A DNA stretch of 32,000 nucleotides from Acaryochloris marina MBIC11017 (GTDB lineage Bacteria; Cyanobacteriota; Cyanobacteriia; Thermosynechococcales; Thermosynechococcaceae): the NCBI RefSeq assembly GCF_000018105.1, contig NC_009925.1:1770001-1802000 (forward strand), read 5' to 3'. Position numbers and translations under genes: made by a program. Positions 7,217 to 17,253 of this stretch are shown piece by piece. Within the stretch, counting starts at the first letter, position 1, and each line of letters opens with the position of its first letter. A model generated the notes under the pieces. It was not told where the DNA came from. It saw only the letters and a list, made by a program, of their open reading frames with translations, and made no database searches.

Positions 7217-7239
7217 AATTTATCTCAGGCTGATAAATT
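7217..7239. promoter_or_regulatory. Candidate operator: AATTTATC-N7-GATAAATT inverted repeat in the rbcL/GNAT divergent intergenic region
   Basis: 8-bp perfect arms flank TCAGGCT. The octamer CTCAGGCT also occurs at 7203-7210, 22 bp from the copy at 7225-7232. The repeat is about 380 nt upstream of the rbcL ATG and about 245 nt upstream of the GNAT ATG. No binding protein can be assigned from sequence. Confidence 0.25.
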
Positions 7240-7481
7240 TTTAGACTTTTTTAAGTATCGCCTCTAACCCTTGCATATACAGGGCCAGCAGGATAGACGA
7301 CTCAAATCCCCCGATTGAATGAATGTGTAGTAATATTACGACTCCTCACTGTCCTCAGAAAAAGGAGTAATTCCACCATGAAATCCCATGCCGACGGTGA
7401 CCTGGCTTATACTAACTTAAGTGGCCTTTTGTAAAAAGAATTTAGGCCATTCGTTACACTTAGCACTTAAAACACTCCTGC

Positions 7482-8033
7482 ATGGGTTTTTGGAAAAGCT
7501 TATTTGGTAGCTCAAACGGGGCGTCTGCGCAGACCTTAGCCCCTGCAAATGGCTCGATCGGGACAGCTCTGTCAATTTCCAGCAACGGGCGAGGCTCCAA
7601 ATCGGCCCAATCTAAAATTACTTTTAGTAAAGATCGTGAAATTGATCTGTATGAACTAGAAGAACTTTGCGACGCTGTGGGCTGGTCCCGTCGCCCCATT
7701 CGCAAAGTCAAAAAGGCCCTCAAACATAGCTTTATTGTGGTCTCCATGTGGGAACAACGGGGCAGCTACAATCGCCTTATTGGGTTCTCTCGGGCCACCT
7801 CCGATCACACGTTTAACGCCACCATTTGGGATGTCGTCGTTCATCCTGACTTTCAAGGCCAAGGTCTGGGCAAAGCCTTGATGAAACAGATCATCAAGGA
7901 GTTACGGCGCGAGGATATTAGCAATATCACTCTTTTTGCTGACCCCCATGTCGTCAACTTTTACCGAGATTTAGGCTTTATGCCTGACCCAGAAGGGATT
8001 AAAGGGATGTTTTGGTATCCCAACTTTCGGTAA
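7482..8033 (+). CDS. GNAT-family N-acetyltransferase, NSI/GNAT2-like
   Basis: Acetyl-CoA motif A is QGQGLGKAL. The strings [27 protein letters not shown] and [29 protein letters not shown] are, as I recall, very close to the plant plastid acetyltransferase NSI. The N-terminal ~50 aa are Ser/Gly-rich and low in complexity. Confidence 0.85.
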   Translation: MGFWKSLFGSSNGASAQTLAPANGSIGTALSISSNGRGSKSAQSKITFSKDREIDLYELEELCDAVGWSRRPIRKVKKALKHSFIVVSMWEQRGSYNRLIGFSRATSDHTFNATIWDVVVHPDFQGQGLGKALMKQIIKELRREDISNITLFADPHVVNFYRDLGFMPDPEGIKGMFWYPNFR

Positions 8034-8107
8034 GCCAGCGCTGCAGTCCTCAGGCACTCCATGTGGCGACTCTTAGCTGTTGCCATCCCAAGGAATCTCT
8101 CTCAGCT

Positions 8108-9010
8108 TCAGTGAGAGCTATCCCCTAATACATCCACAAACTTCTGCAGCCTAAAATAGGCTTCGATATAGACAGGGTTTAACTGCATTGCCTGCTCTAA
8201 GGCAATACTGGCCTCTGGGTACTCCCCAAATTCAAAATGGGTTACAGCCAAGCCTAGAAAGCTCTCAGCATGCTGAATATTTAGTTGGGTGGCTTGCTCA
8301 AAAGCTGTCATTGCTTCTTCTTGAAACCCAATTTGAAACTGGGCTAGCCCCAACCCATAATAGGCAGCATGCAAGTAAGCGTTATAGTGAATCGCTTTTT
8401 GGTAAGCTAGGGCAGCCTCATCATAATTTTGAATGCGATACAGAGCGCTCGCCAGATTGCAATAGAGTTCAGCATTCTCAGGAGCATAGTCCAAAGCTTG
8501 GTTATACACAACAACCGCTTCGACAAAATTTCGAAATTGATACAAAACACTGCCCAAGCCGTTGTGGGCTGCAGCTAAAGTGGGCTGCTTTTGAATCGCT
8601 TGCTTAAAATTATCCTTTGCCCCAACATAATCTGCTTGCTCATACTTATGCAGCCCTCGCCGCAGCCAAACCATCGCCCAAGAGGTTTCATCCGTCTCTT
8701 CTGGATTGAGAGTAGGTTGACTCGTAACGGTCGGTTGAACCAGAGTCAACCCCTCTAAAGGGTCCGGTGGGAACGGAGATTCAGGTTGTTTAGGATTTTG
8801 ATAGCCTGCAGTAACCGGCTCCTGTTCATTCTGTGGTGGTTTGTTTTGACCTTCGGATTCAGAGACAGAATTGACCAGATCGTCTTCAATTTCATTCGCC
8901 AGATGTAACCCACGTTTAATCAACGAGGACATCTGATCGTCAACACGAACATGAAGAGATGGAAGATTGAACTTACCCTGCTGGGACTGTTCATGGGGCC
9001 CCTCCACCAT
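8108..9010 (-). CDS. TPR-repeat protein
   Basis: The C-terminal ~190 aa consist of tandem 34-aa TPR-like units (W..G....Y..A...F..A....P, for example AHNGLGSVLYQFRNFVEAVVVYNQALDYAPENA). The N-terminal ~110 aa are acidic, Pro/Gln-rich and probably disordered. The ATG lies 5 nt after the stop of the J-domain gene. Confidence 0.8.
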   Translation of the reverse strand: MVEGPHEQSQQGKFNLPSLHVRVDDQMSSLIKRGLHLANEIEDDLVNSVSESEGQNKPPQNEQEPVTAGYQNPKQPESPFPPDPLEGLTLVQPTVTSQPTLNPEETDETSWAMVWLRRGLHKYEQADYVGAKDNFKQAIQKQPTLAAAHNGLGSVLYQFRNFVEAVVVYNQALDYAPENAELYCNLASALYRIQNYDEAALAYQKAIHYNAYLHAAYYGLGLAQFQIGFQEEAMTAFEQATQLNIQHAESFLGLAVTHFEFGEYPEASIALEQAMQLNPVYIEAYFRLQKFVDVLGDSSH

Positions 9011-9015
9011 AATCT

Positions 9016-9702
9016 CTATCCCATTTTTTCCTTAAGCTCAGTCAACTGTTGCTGTGCCATCAGGATTTCTTGATCAAAGCGATGAGACATTTCTAACAAG
9101 AGATCCTGCCCTAGTTGTTCTAGCTTCACGGCCTTGATCCGCAGTTGATGCAAATCTGATTGGGACAGCTGCTGCAATTTATCTTCAATCAACTGCAACC
9201 GCTGTCGACTTTGAGCTATTTGGCGAATCGTCCGGATTAAATCCGCCGTTATCCCTTCCCCTTGAACCGAGTCTGGGCTACTTTCCCAATCATGCAAAAT
9301 TGCCCGAAGCCGATCTTCATCCCCCGATTCATAAGCTCGATTCACTAAGGCCATCAGTTGCTCGCGGCGGGCGCGCTCTTCAGGGTCCGTCGCTAGGTCA
9401 GGATGAATCCGTTTAGCCACTTCTCGATAGAGCTGTTTTAGACGGGCAGAGGGCCGAAAGTTGTGGTTAGAGGCCATCAAAGTTAAGTATTTTGAAATTT
9501 GGGCATTAATCCGCTCTAATTCCTCTTGACGGATGCCCACAACCTGCATGTAGCGATATTCAAACGAGTGGAGTTCAGCCTGAAACGTAGCCAGCTCCAG
9601 CTCCCGTTGCGCTAACTGAGCTTCCAAATCCATTAGCTCTGACTGCTTCTGCTGGAGTTCTAGCTCTTCTGGCGTCGATTGACGAACAAGACTACTACTC
9701 AT
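9016..9702 (-). CDS. J-domain (DnaJ-like) protein with flanking coiled coils
   Basis: The J-domain core is LKQLYREVAKRIHPDLATDPEERARREQLMALVNRAYESGDEDRL, with the HPD tripeptide. Heptad-like E/Q/L-rich segments lie on both sides. I chose the ATG at 9702; an upstream TTG at 9753 is an alternative start. Confidence 0.8.
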   Translation of the reverse strand: MSSSLVRQSTPEELELQQKQSELMDLEAQLAQRELELATFQAELHSFEYRYMQVVGIRQEELERINAQISKYLTLMASNHNFRPSARLKQLYREVAKRIHPDLATDPEERARREQLMALVNRAYESGDEDRLRAILHDWESSPDSVQGEGITADLIRTIRQIAQSRQRLQLIEDKLQQLSQSDLHQLRIKAVKLEQLGQDLLLEMSHRFDQEILMAQQQLTELKEKMG

Positions 9703-9831
9703 TGACTTTGAATCGTGATGGGAGGAGATACTATTAAATCGAGTTGTGTTCAAGATAGAGAGCGTACCCTAGGGAAATGGCAAATGATGCTGCCATACCT
9801 CAGTTGAAAAGCCAGTTTTATCTAACTTAGC

Positions 9832-11382
9832 TTACTTACTGGTGTTGATGAAAGAGGGAAAGCCCGCAATCATACTGAGTGCCACCAAGCTAGGTAAGAA
9901 CCAATTTCCCCACTGTACATATAAAGTCTGAGTTTGACGGCGGTAAATGGTGGCAGCATGGGTAGCAAACACCAGAGGCTGTGAGCGCCACAAGGTTTGG
10001 CCATGGGGGTTAATCACACCAGAGTAACCAGTGTTCGTCGAACGAACGGTCCACCGATCGGTTTCTATCGCTCTCATGACGTCATGGGCATGGTGCTGAG
10101 CCATCATCCGAGCATTGTAAGGATCGTTATTGGAGGCCGTCAGAACAAACTCTCCGCCTTGAGCGGCTTGCTTTTGAAACAGTTGCGGAAAGGCGGAATC
10201 AAAACAAATCCCTGCGATCGCAGGTCCCCAAGGGGTCAAGAATTGTTGATCAGGCTTCCCTAAATTCATCTGGGTACTCACGGGGGTCAACCGACCGATT
10301 AACCTACCCAAAATGGATTCAAAGGGAATATATTCACCTAGGGGCACCAGCTTAATTTTGTTATAGCGGCTAAAGATGCTGCCATCGGCCAAAACGGTAA
10401 TTAAACTCTGAGTGATGCGATGGTCTTCGGGCATAAAACTCCCAAGCCAGGCCACCACCTGTTTATCTTGAATGGCCTTAACTAAGGGGGGCTGGTCTCG
10501 CCATAGAAAGGGAAACGCCCCTTCTGGTGTGAGTACTGCATCAACGCCTTGATCGGCCAACTGCCGATAGCCCGCCTCATAATTCTGACGCCCCAGTTCA
10601 AGACCTTGCTTAAATAATTTGATCCGCGTTGGGATATTACCTTGAATAATGCCGATGTTAAGGGCGGTGTCCTGCTCCATCTGCAATGGCTGCAGGTACA
10701 GGCTCAAGCCTAATAGATGTAAACCGATAAAAAGTGCGATCGCAACACTGCGATACCGCCACCGATCACGAAGGGCTATCCAGCTTTCTGCTAAACAGCC
10801 ATTAACCATGACTAATGCAGCCACAATAACGGTCGGGCCGGATATCCGCCCCAAATGCAGGATGATCAGATTCGCCGGGCTTTGAGTATAAGAAATCGGC
10901 GTCCACCACAAGGGCGATTGAGTCCAGAGCCACTCCAAGACCATCCAAGCCGTTGTTCCCACCAAAATTCGGTGGTAAACAGGGATTTTTGCCCCTATCC
11001 AGGCCATCCACCCAGACCATAAAGCAGCAATCAACGCCCCATAAACCGTTACAAACATCCAGCAAGCCAACGCAATCGTCAGACTTGCCCACCAAGACAG
11101 CCCCATCCATGTCAACGGATGCAAGCCCGTTACCCACGACACTGCAGCCCCCTGATACCCTAGTCCCCACGCGAAACCTAGCCGCATCGCCAGCCAAACC
11201 CGCCCCTGAGCACGGTTAACGTACATCCACAGGGGGACCAAAGCAATCCATGCGAACCACCAAGCCCCCACGGGGGCGGGAATAATACCCATCCCTAAGC
11301 CCGAGAGAAAAACGATACCAAACCCTCGCCATTTAGCCGTAGAGATTTTCGGTCGAATACGATCTTGAACAATATATTTCAC
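9832..11382 (-). CDS. lnt: Apolipoprotein N-acyltransferase
   Basis: The N-terminal half is polytopic and Trp-rich. It is followed by a CN-hydrolase (nitrilase-fold) domain containing LTPEGAFPF, KIKLVPLGEYIP and a catalytic-Cys block GICFDSAFP. The 516-aa length fits Lnt. The start is GTG. Confidence 0.85.
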   Translation of the reverse strand: MKYIVQDRIRPKISTAKWRGFGIVFLSGLGMGIIPAPVGAWWFAWIALVPLWMYVNRAQGRVWLAMRLGFAWGLGYQGAAVSWVTGLHPLTWMGLSWWASLTIALACWMFVTVYGALIAALWSGWMAWIGAKIPVYHRILVGTTAWMVLEWLWTQSPLWWTPISYTQSPANLIILHLGRISGPTVIVAALVMVNGCLAESWIALRDRWRYRSVAIALFIGLHLLGLSLYLQPLQMEQDTALNIGIIQGNIPTRIKLFKQGLELGRQNYEAGYRQLADQGVDAVLTPEGAFPFLWRDQPPLVKAIQDKQVVAWLGSFMPEDHRITQSLITVLADGSIFSRYNKIKLVPLGEYIPFESILGRLIGRLTPVSTQMNLGKPDQQFLTPWGPAIAGICFDSAFPQLFQKQAAQGGEFVLTASNNDPYNARMMAQHHAHDVMRAIETDRWTVRSTNTGYSGVINPHGQTLWRSQPLVFATHAATIYRRQTQTLYVQWGNWFLPSLVALSMIAGFPSFINTSK

Positions 11383-11591
11383 GTATATTCTGAAGCTTGC
11401 AGTAAAGTCTGCTGGCAGTTTAACCTGATTAAGTTTTTCCTGATTCAGGTCTCCATTACGTACGTTAGGCCAAGCTCTAGGTCAATAGCCACCGTACTAT
11501 CCCTACTTTCGAGAAGACCTTTAACTTCGCTATGCTGAAGTTCAACAACCACCGTAATTTTCACACCTTCATTCCCAAACCCGAGGTTTTC

Positions 11592-11915
11592 ATGGACAAC
11601 AACAATTTCCTCAAGCAAATGTTGATGATTGGGGTCGGAACCACCTCCTTTGTCGCGGATAAACTAAGGGAAGTCAGTGATCAGTGGGTCAATGAGGGAA
11701 GGCTCAATCCCGAACAAGCCAAAGCTTTTGTAGATGATCTTTTACAACAAATGCGCTCAGACCCAGGAGACTGGGAAGCTCAGATGGAGCGACAGGTTCG
11801 CAACATGATGCAAGATTTAGGCTTAGCCAGACAAGCCGAAGTGGACGAATTACGCGGTAGGATTGATCGACTGGAGCGACAAGTGCGAGACTTAGAAAAT
11901 AAGCTTTGGCGATAG
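11592..11915 (+). CDS. Small coiled-coil protein, phasin-like family
   Basis: MDNNNFLKQMLMIGVGTTSFVADKLREV...EVDELRGRIDRLERQVRDLENKL resembles the phasin family (PHA-granule-associated protein) as annotated in cyanobacteria. The start is set at the ATG at 11592, with GAGG 6 nt upstream. Confidence 0.6.
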   Translation: MDNNNFLKQMLMIGVGTTSFVADKLREVSDQWVNEGRLNPEQAKAFVDDLLQQMRSDPGDWEAQMERQVRNMMQDLGLARQAEVDELRGRIDRLERQVRDLENKLWR

Positions 11916-11976
11916 CCTCCTCAATCAAAACCAACCCTTCAAAGCATCACCATCCTAAAACGATCGGAGGAATACC

Positions 11977-12510
11977 TTGCGTAATATCTTAATCAGTTTC
12001 GGGATTCTCCTTGTTTGTAGCGCCGTTTTGGTCATTGCCCAAATCACGAACGGTACACCCGAAGTATCCGCAGAACCCTTACAAACAGATAACCTGACAA
12101 CCGTTGCTGCTATTTCTGTTGCCCAAACTCCCACATCTGACATGCATTCAACTGACACTGAAGATTCCGATTACACCACCACTGCATCTGGCTTGCAATA
12201 TCGCGACTTAGTAGAAGGCACAGGTGAGCAACCTATGCTAGGCCAAATGGTCGTCGTTCACTATACTGGCACCTTAACCGATGGGAGTAAATTCGATAGC
12301 TCTCGAGACCGCGGACAGCCATTCTCATTCCCCATTGGTAAGGGACGAGTTATCAAAGGTTGGGACGAAGGTGTTGGCACCATGAAAGTAGGTGGTCGCC
12401 GAGAGCTAGTCATTCCCCCTGATTTGGGTTATGGCTCAAGAGGCGCCGGTGGTGTCATTCCTCCCAATGCCACCCTAGTTTTTGATGTTGAATTACTGAG
12501 AATTCAGTAG
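11977..12510 (+). CDS. FKBP-type peptidyl-prolyl cis-trans isomerase, secreted or lumenal
   Basis: The FKBP core is [62 protein letters not shown]...LVFDVELL. The N-terminus is a signal-peptide-like hydrophobic stretch ([19 protein letters not shown]). The start is TTG, preceded by GGAGG 7 nt upstream. Confidence 0.9.
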   Translation: MRNILISFGILLVCSAVLVIAQITNGTPEVSAEPLQTDNLTTVAAISVAQTPTSDMHSTDTEDSDYTTTASGLQYRDLVEGTGEQPMLGQMVVVHYTGTLTDGSKFDSSRDRGQPFSFPIGKGRVIKGWDEGVGTMKVGGRRELVIPPDLGYGSRGAGGVIPPNATLVFDVELLRIQ

Positions 12511-12523
12511 CTAAAACCTTATA

Positions 12524-12575
12524 AAAAGCACAAATGCGCCCGATTTATCTATAGTTCGGGCGCATTTGTGCTTTT
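12524..12575. terminator. Bidirectional rho-independent terminator between the convergent FKBP and Lon-N genes
   Basis: A perfect 20-bp stem: AAAAGCACAAATGCGCCCGA (12524-12543) pairs with TCGGGCGCATTTGTGCTTTT (12556-12575). The A-run on the left and T-run on the right supply a U-tract for transcripts from either strand. Confidence 0.8.
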
Positions 12576-12606
12576 GGGCAATTAAATGGTGTCAAGCCAG
12601 ATGTTT

Positions 12607-13257
12607 TTAGGGCTCTAGTGTATCTTTTAAAACTGTACGCGCGGCCAGATGGTTGCGGGTAGACGTCAAAATCTCAGCTTCGCGTTCTAGCCGAGCTTGT
12701 GTATCCTGCATTTCCAATAAAGATTGTTGCTCTAAAGCTGCACCATAGAAATTACTCGCAACCCAGTAGGAAAGATCCACAGGTAGGCTAGGAATATCAT
12801 CTGGAAGGTTAATGTCTTGCTCCGTTAGCTTTGCAGAGAGTCGAACAACATCTTGCAACAACTGAGTAACGTCTGTAGTCAACGCTTGTAGGTCATGATC
12901 CACAGGCAAAGGTTGGTCTTCAATCCACTCTACTAGCCCAACACGGTAAGGTTTTTCACGAACGTAGTGGAGTACCTTAAACCGCTGCCGCCCCAGTGTT
13001 AAAATCATGATTCGATCATCAGGCAGCCTTTCATGTTTTGTGATTTCAGCACAACAACCTACAACAGCCGCCTCACCCTTGTTCGGATCCCACATCAAAA
13101 CACCAAATTGCCGATCTTCTTCCAAGATAGTGTTCATCATTATCCGATAGCGATATTCAAAAATATGCAACGGAAGTGGTCGCCCTGGAAACAAGACTAC
13201 ATCAGGTAGCGGGAATAGCGGTAGCTCACGTACAGCAATTGAAGAGGGAATAGCCAT
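12607..13257 (-). CDS. Stand-alone Lon protease N-terminal (substrate-binding) domain protein
   Basis: LPLFPLPDVVLFPGRPLPLHIFEYRYRIMM is the hallmark start of the LON N-domain. There is no AAA+ or protease domain in the 216 aa. I chose the ATG at 13257; a TTG at 13263 is an alternative start. Confidence 0.8.
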   Translation of the reverse strand: MAIPSSIAVRELPLFPLPDVVLFPGRPLPLHIFEYRYRIMMNTILEEDRQFGVLMWDPNKGEAAVVGCCAEITKHERLPDDRIMILTLGRQRFKVLHYVREKPYRVGLVEWIEDQPLPVDHDLQALTTDVTQLLQDVVRLSAKLTEQDINLPDDIPSLPVDLSYWVASNFYGAALEQQSLLEMQDTQARLEREAEILTSTRNHLAARTVLKDTLEP

Positions 13258-13363
13258 TGGCAACGGAAGAGGTGGGATAGGGAGTACTCTTATTCACTCT
13301 AGCCCATGTCTCCCGAAGAATTCACAAACAACTCAGACAAGCGCCTATCAACTGTAGCGATTA

Positions 13364-13681
13364 CTAAAGCTTAACTTCAATATCAACACCAGCAGGTAGG
13401 TCAAGCTTCATCAACGCATCAATTGTCTTGGGGGAAGGCTGATAAATATCAACAATACGACGGTGGGTGCGTGTTTCGAAGTGCTCACGGGAGTCTTTGT
13501 CTACATGTGGAGATCGTAGAACACAATAAATACGTCGTCGAGTCGGTAAAGGAATAGGTCCAACAGGGGAAGCATTCGTCCGCTTAGCAGTTTCAACGAT
13601 TTTGTCACAGGATGTATCAAGCAAACGGTGATCAAAAGCTTTCAGGCGAATGCGAATTTTTTGTTGCTGGAGAGTGGTCAT
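13364..13681 (-). CDS. rpsJ: 30S ribosomal protein S10
   Basis: The 105-aa product reads [16 protein letters not shown]...[13 protein letters not shown]...[16 protein letters not shown], a canonical S10. Confidence 0.97.
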   Translation of the reverse strand: MTTLQQQKIRIRLKAFDHRLLDTSCDKIVETAKRTNASPVGPIPLPTRRRIYCVLRSPHVDKDSREHFETRTHRRIVDIYQPSPKTIDALMKLDLPAGVDIEVKL

Positions 13682-13758
13682 ATCTTAGATCAATTGTTAA
13701 GTTGTCAAGGTTCTGAAATCAGCAAAGCTTTATAGCAGTGCTGTTGGAATTCAGTCCT

Positions 13759-13809
13759 TAAGGATGAGCTGAAGGTATGGCGATAGCGCCCGCATTCAGC
13801 TCATCCTTA
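13759..13809 (-). other. 15-bp stem hairpin in the tuf-rpsJ spacer (possible attenuator or processing site)
   Basis: TAAGGATGAGCTGAA (13759-13773) pairs with TTCAGCTCATCCTTA (13795-13809). A nested GGCG/CGCC mini-stem sits in the loop. The hairpin starts 17 nt after the tuf stop, and no U-tract follows it. Confidence 0.45.
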
Positions 13810-13825
13810 AAGGCTGCTTAGCAGA

Positions 13826-15055
13826 CTATTTAAGGATTTTGGAGACAACACCAGCTCCAACAGTCCGTCCACCTTCACGAATCGCAAATCGCATCCCTTG
13901 CTCAATCGCAATGGGGTTGATTAATTCAACCGTCATTTTAATGCGATCACCAGGCATAACCATTTCAGCAGCACTGCCATCATCTGCTGTAAAAGCACTG
14001 ATTGTACCCGTTACATCTGTTGTTCTCACATAGAACTGAGGGCGGTAGCCAGGGAAAAACGGTGTGTGACGCCCTCCCTCATCCTTCTTAAGGATATAGA
14101 CTTCAGACTCAAATTGAGTATGAGGGGTAATGGAACCCGGCTTAGCCAATACCATGCCGCGCTCAATGTCTTCTTTCTGAACACCTCGCAAGAGCAAGCC
14201 AACGTTATCACCAGCCATTCCTTCGTCAAGGGTTTTTTGGAACATTTCAACACCAGTCACCGTAGTGCTGCGTGTATCTCTAATCCCAACTAACTCAACG
14301 GTCTCACCAACGACAACCTTGCCTCGCTCGATCCGGCCAGTCGCAACAGTTCCACGACCTGTGATAGAGAAAACATCTTCAACAGCCATTAAGAAAGGCT
14401 TATCAACATCTCTTTCAGGAGTAGGAATATAGGCATCCACTTCTTCCATCAACTTATAAATCTTATCCACCCATTCGTTATCCCCTTTTTTCATGGAGTC
14501 AGCACCGTTGAGCGCTTCCAACGCCATTAGAGCAGAGCCTGAAACGATGGGAATATCATCACCTGGGAAATCATAGTCGTTTAAGAGTTCTCGAACTTCT
14601 AGCTCAACCAACTCCAGCAACTCTTCATCATCTACCTGGTCTTGCTTATTCATAAAGACCACAATGTTGGGAACCCCAACTTGCTTAGCCAAAAGAATAT
14701 GTTCACGAGTTTGGGGCATGGGTCCATCAGCAGCAGAGACAACTAATACTGCCCCGTCCATCTGGGCAGCCCCAGTAATCATGTTCTTGACATAGTCAGC
14801 GTGCCCAGGACAGTCCACGTGGGCATAGTGACGGTCTTGCGTCTCATACTCAACGTGAGCTGTATTGATGGTAATGCCTCTTTCCCGCTCTTCTGGGGCC
14901 GCATCAATGTCATCGTACTTCCTGGCTTTAGCTTGGCCAAGGGCAGCGAGAGACATGGTAATTGCTGCTGTCAAAGTGGTTTTACCATGATCAACGTGAC
15001 CAATGGTGCCAATGTTGACGTGGGGTTTTGTTCGTTCAAATTTTGCGCGTGCCAT
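13826..15055 (-). CDS. tuf: Elongation factor Tu
   Basis: The 409-aa product contains [18 protein letters not shown] and NKQD, and is full-length canonical EF-Tu. Confidence 0.98.
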   Translation of the reverse strand: MARAKFERTKPHVNIGTIGHVDHGKTTLTAAITMSLAALGQAKARKYDDIDAAPEERERGITINTAHVEYETQDRHYAHVDCPGHADYVKNMITGAAQMDGAVLVVSAADGPMPQTREHILLAKQVGVPNIVVFMNKQDQVDDEELLELVELEVRELLNDYDFPGDDIPIVSGSALMALEALNGADSMKKGDNEWVDKIYKLMEEVDAYIPTPERDVDKPFLMAVEDVFSITGRGTVATGRIERGKVVVGETVELVGIRDTRSTTVTGVEMFQKTLDEGMAGDNVGLLLRGVQKEDIERGMVLAKPGSITPHTQFESEVYILKKDEGGRHTPFFPGYRPQFYVRTTDVTGTISAFTADDGSAAEMVMPGDRIKMTVELINPIAIEQGMRFAIREGGRTVGAGVVSKILK

Positions 15056-15080
15056 GTATCAACTATTCCTTTTCGATGAA

Positions 15081-17156
15081 TTATGCGTTCCCTTTGTTTT
15101 TTTCGATAATGGGTTCAGCCACATTACGAGGAACGTCCTCGTAGTTGCCAAACTCCATTGTAAAGATACCTCGACCCTGAGTCATAGACCGGATATCTGT
15201 GGCATAGCCAAACATGGTCGCCAGTGGGACTTTGGTCGTCACTTTGGCGAGCCCTTGGGCCACTTCTTGACCTTCGATTTGGCCTCTTCGAGAAATGAGG
15301 TCACCCATTACAGGGCCTAGGAAGTCTTCTGGTACTTCTACCTCAACTTTCATCATGGGCTCTAGCAGAGCAGGTGAGGCTTGCATAACCCCCTCTTTAA
15401 TTGCCATTGAGCCCGCGATTTTAAAGGCCATTTCAGAAGAATCAACATCATGGTAAGACCCATCCACTAATGTCGCTCTGACATCAATGAGGGGATAACC
15501 AGCTAAGATACCAGATTCGCAAGCTTCTTTCATCCCTTGCTCAGCCGGACCAATAAACTCTTTAGGGACAGAACCCCCGACAATTTTTGAGATAAATTCG
15601 AAACCAGTACCTTCTTCGGCAGGTTCGATCTCAACAACCACATGACCATACTGGCCTTTCCCACCGCTTTGCCGCACAAACTTGCCTTCTGCAGTCACTG
15701 CTTTGCGTATCGTTTCTCGATACGCAACTTGGGGAGCTCCGATGTTAGCTTCTACCTTGAATTCTCGCAGCATCCGATCAATCAAAATCTCTAAATGTAG
15801 CTCACCCATACCCGCAATTACCGTCTGATTGGTTTCCGGATCTACACTGACGCGAAAGGTGGGATCTTCTTGAGATAAAGATTGCAATGCTTTAGAAAGC
15901 TTATCCATATCCTGCTTTGTTTTGGGCTCTACTGCCACAGAGATCACAGGTTCTGGGATAAAAAGAGACTCCAGGACAATAGGCTGAGCTGGATTACACA
16001 GAGTTTCCCCCGTAAAAGTATCCTTAAGACCTAGAGCAGCGCCTAAATCGCCTGCCCGCAACTCATCAACCTCAATTCGATCATCGGCTTTCATGATGAT
16101 CAACCTGGAAACGCGCTCTTTCTTGTTTTTAGTCGGATTGAGAATATAACTACCTTTGGTGAGAACACCTGAATACACTCGAATAAAGGTGAGCCGCCCA
16201 TAGGGATCAGACATCACTTTAAATGCAAGGGCAGCCAAAGGTTCTTCATCATCAGCCGGTCGCTCAGCTTCAGTACCATCCAGTAGAGTTCCTTGAATCG
16301 CAGGAACATCAATCGGTGCTGGCATGTAGTCGATAACGGCATCTAATAAGAGTTGAACACCTTTATTCTTGAAAGCAGAGCCGCAAAGCATGGGCACGAT
16401 AGTGCCTGCAATAGTGCCACGACGCAATGCCGATTTAATTTCTGTCTCTGATAAAGATTCGCCTTCGAGATACTTCTCCATTAAGGCATCATCTGCTTCA
16501 GCCACTGCCTCAACTAGCAGCGTTCGATACTCTTGGGCCTGTTCTTGAATGGACTCAGGAATTTCCGTCTCTTGAATATCTGTGCCCTGATCATTGGTGT
16601 AGATGAAGGCTTTCATATTCACTAAGTCAACAATGCCCTGGAACTTATCTTCACTACCGATTGGAAGTTGAACAGCAACAGCATTAGCTTTGAGACGATC
16701 ACGAATTTGATCATAGACTCTGAAAAAATTCGCGCCCGTTCGATCCATCTTGTTGACGAAGACAATCCGGGGAACTTGATAACGGTCTGCCTGACGCCAA
16801 ACTGTTTCTGACTGAGGTTGCACCCCTCCTACAGAGCAGAAAACCGCAATCACACCATCCAAAACACGCATTGAGCGTTCCACTTCGATCGTGAAATCTA
16901 CATGCCCAGGCGTATCAATAATATTGACTTGGTGATCTTGCCAGGTTGTGGAAATGGCTGCAGCAGTAATAGTAATGCCACGTTCCCGCTCCTGATCCAT
17001 CCAATCAGTAACTGTATTGCCATCATGAACTTCTCCGACTTTGTGTACCACACCGGAGTAGAACAAAATACGCTCAGTTGTCGTCGTTTTTCCCGCATCA
17101 ATATGGGCCGCAATGCCAATATTGCGCACTTTTTTTAGCGGGACAGAACGTGCCAC
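15081..17156 (-). CDS. fusA: Elongation factor G
   Basis: The 691-aa product contains [27 protein letters not shown] and NKMD. The start is GTG, giving [14 protein letters not shown]. Confidence 0.97.
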   Translation of the reverse strand: MARSVPLKKVRNIGIAAHIDAGKTTTTERILFYSGVVHKVGEVHDGNTVTDWMDQERERGITITAAAISTTWQDHQVNIIDTPGHVDFTIEVERSMRVLDGVIAVFCSVGGVQPQSETVWRQADRYQVPRIVFVNKMDRTGANFFRVYDQIRDRLKANAVAVQLPIGSEDKFQGIVDLVNMKAFIYTNDQGTDIQETEIPESIQEQAQEYRTLLVEAVAEADDALMEKYLEGESLSETEIKSALRRGTIAGTIVPMLCGSAFKNKGVQLLLDAVIDYMPAPIDVPAIQGTLLDGTEAERPADDEEPLAALAFKVMSDPYGRLTFIRVYSGVLTKGSYILNPTKNKKERVSRLIIMKADDRIEVDELRAGDLGAALGLKDTFTGETLCNPAQPIVLESLFIPEPVISVAVEPKTKQDMDKLSKALQSLSQEDPTFRVSVDPETNQTVIAGMGELHLEILIDRMLREFKVEANIGAPQVAYRETIRKAVTAEGKFVRQSGGKGQYGHVVVEIEPAEEGTGFEFISKIVGGSVPKEFIGPAEQGMKEACESGILAGYPLIDVRATLVDGSYHDVDSSEMAFKIAGSMAIKEGVMQASPALLEPMMKVEVEVPEDFLGPVMGDLISRRGQIEGQEVAQGLAKVTTKVPLATMFGYATDIRSMTQGRGIFTMEFGNYEDVPRNVAEPIIEKNKGNA

Positions 17157-17253
17157 AGCTACCTCCTTCGCCCTAGCAAGTCATTCGCATAAGGGTATAC
17201 AACATTCTTGCTGTAATGATTCTATAACTTTTCTCAGATAAACTTCACAAAGC

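Noticed and set aside
7327-7339. GTAGTAATATTAC as a possible NtcA box in the rbcL/GNAT intergenic region.
   Set aside because: The spacing is GTA-N7-TAC, not the GTA-N8-TAC consensus. No appropriately spaced -10 element could be identified. It is kept only as a generic palindrome (GTAATATTAC).
7460-7747. 95-aa minus-strand ORF overlapping the start of the GNAT gene.
   Set aside because: It is antisense to the GNAT CDS, whose homology is strong, and it has no motif.
10802-11219. ORFs of 131 aa (minus strand, alternative frame) and 88 aa (plus strand) inside lnt. Similar shadow ORFs occur inside rbcL (5458-6118), tuf (13839-14293), fusA (16898-17138), obg (24841-25442) and ccdA (28349-28636).
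   Set aside because: All are nested in, or antisense to, strongly supported conserved genes and have low-complexity or biased composition. There is no independent support.
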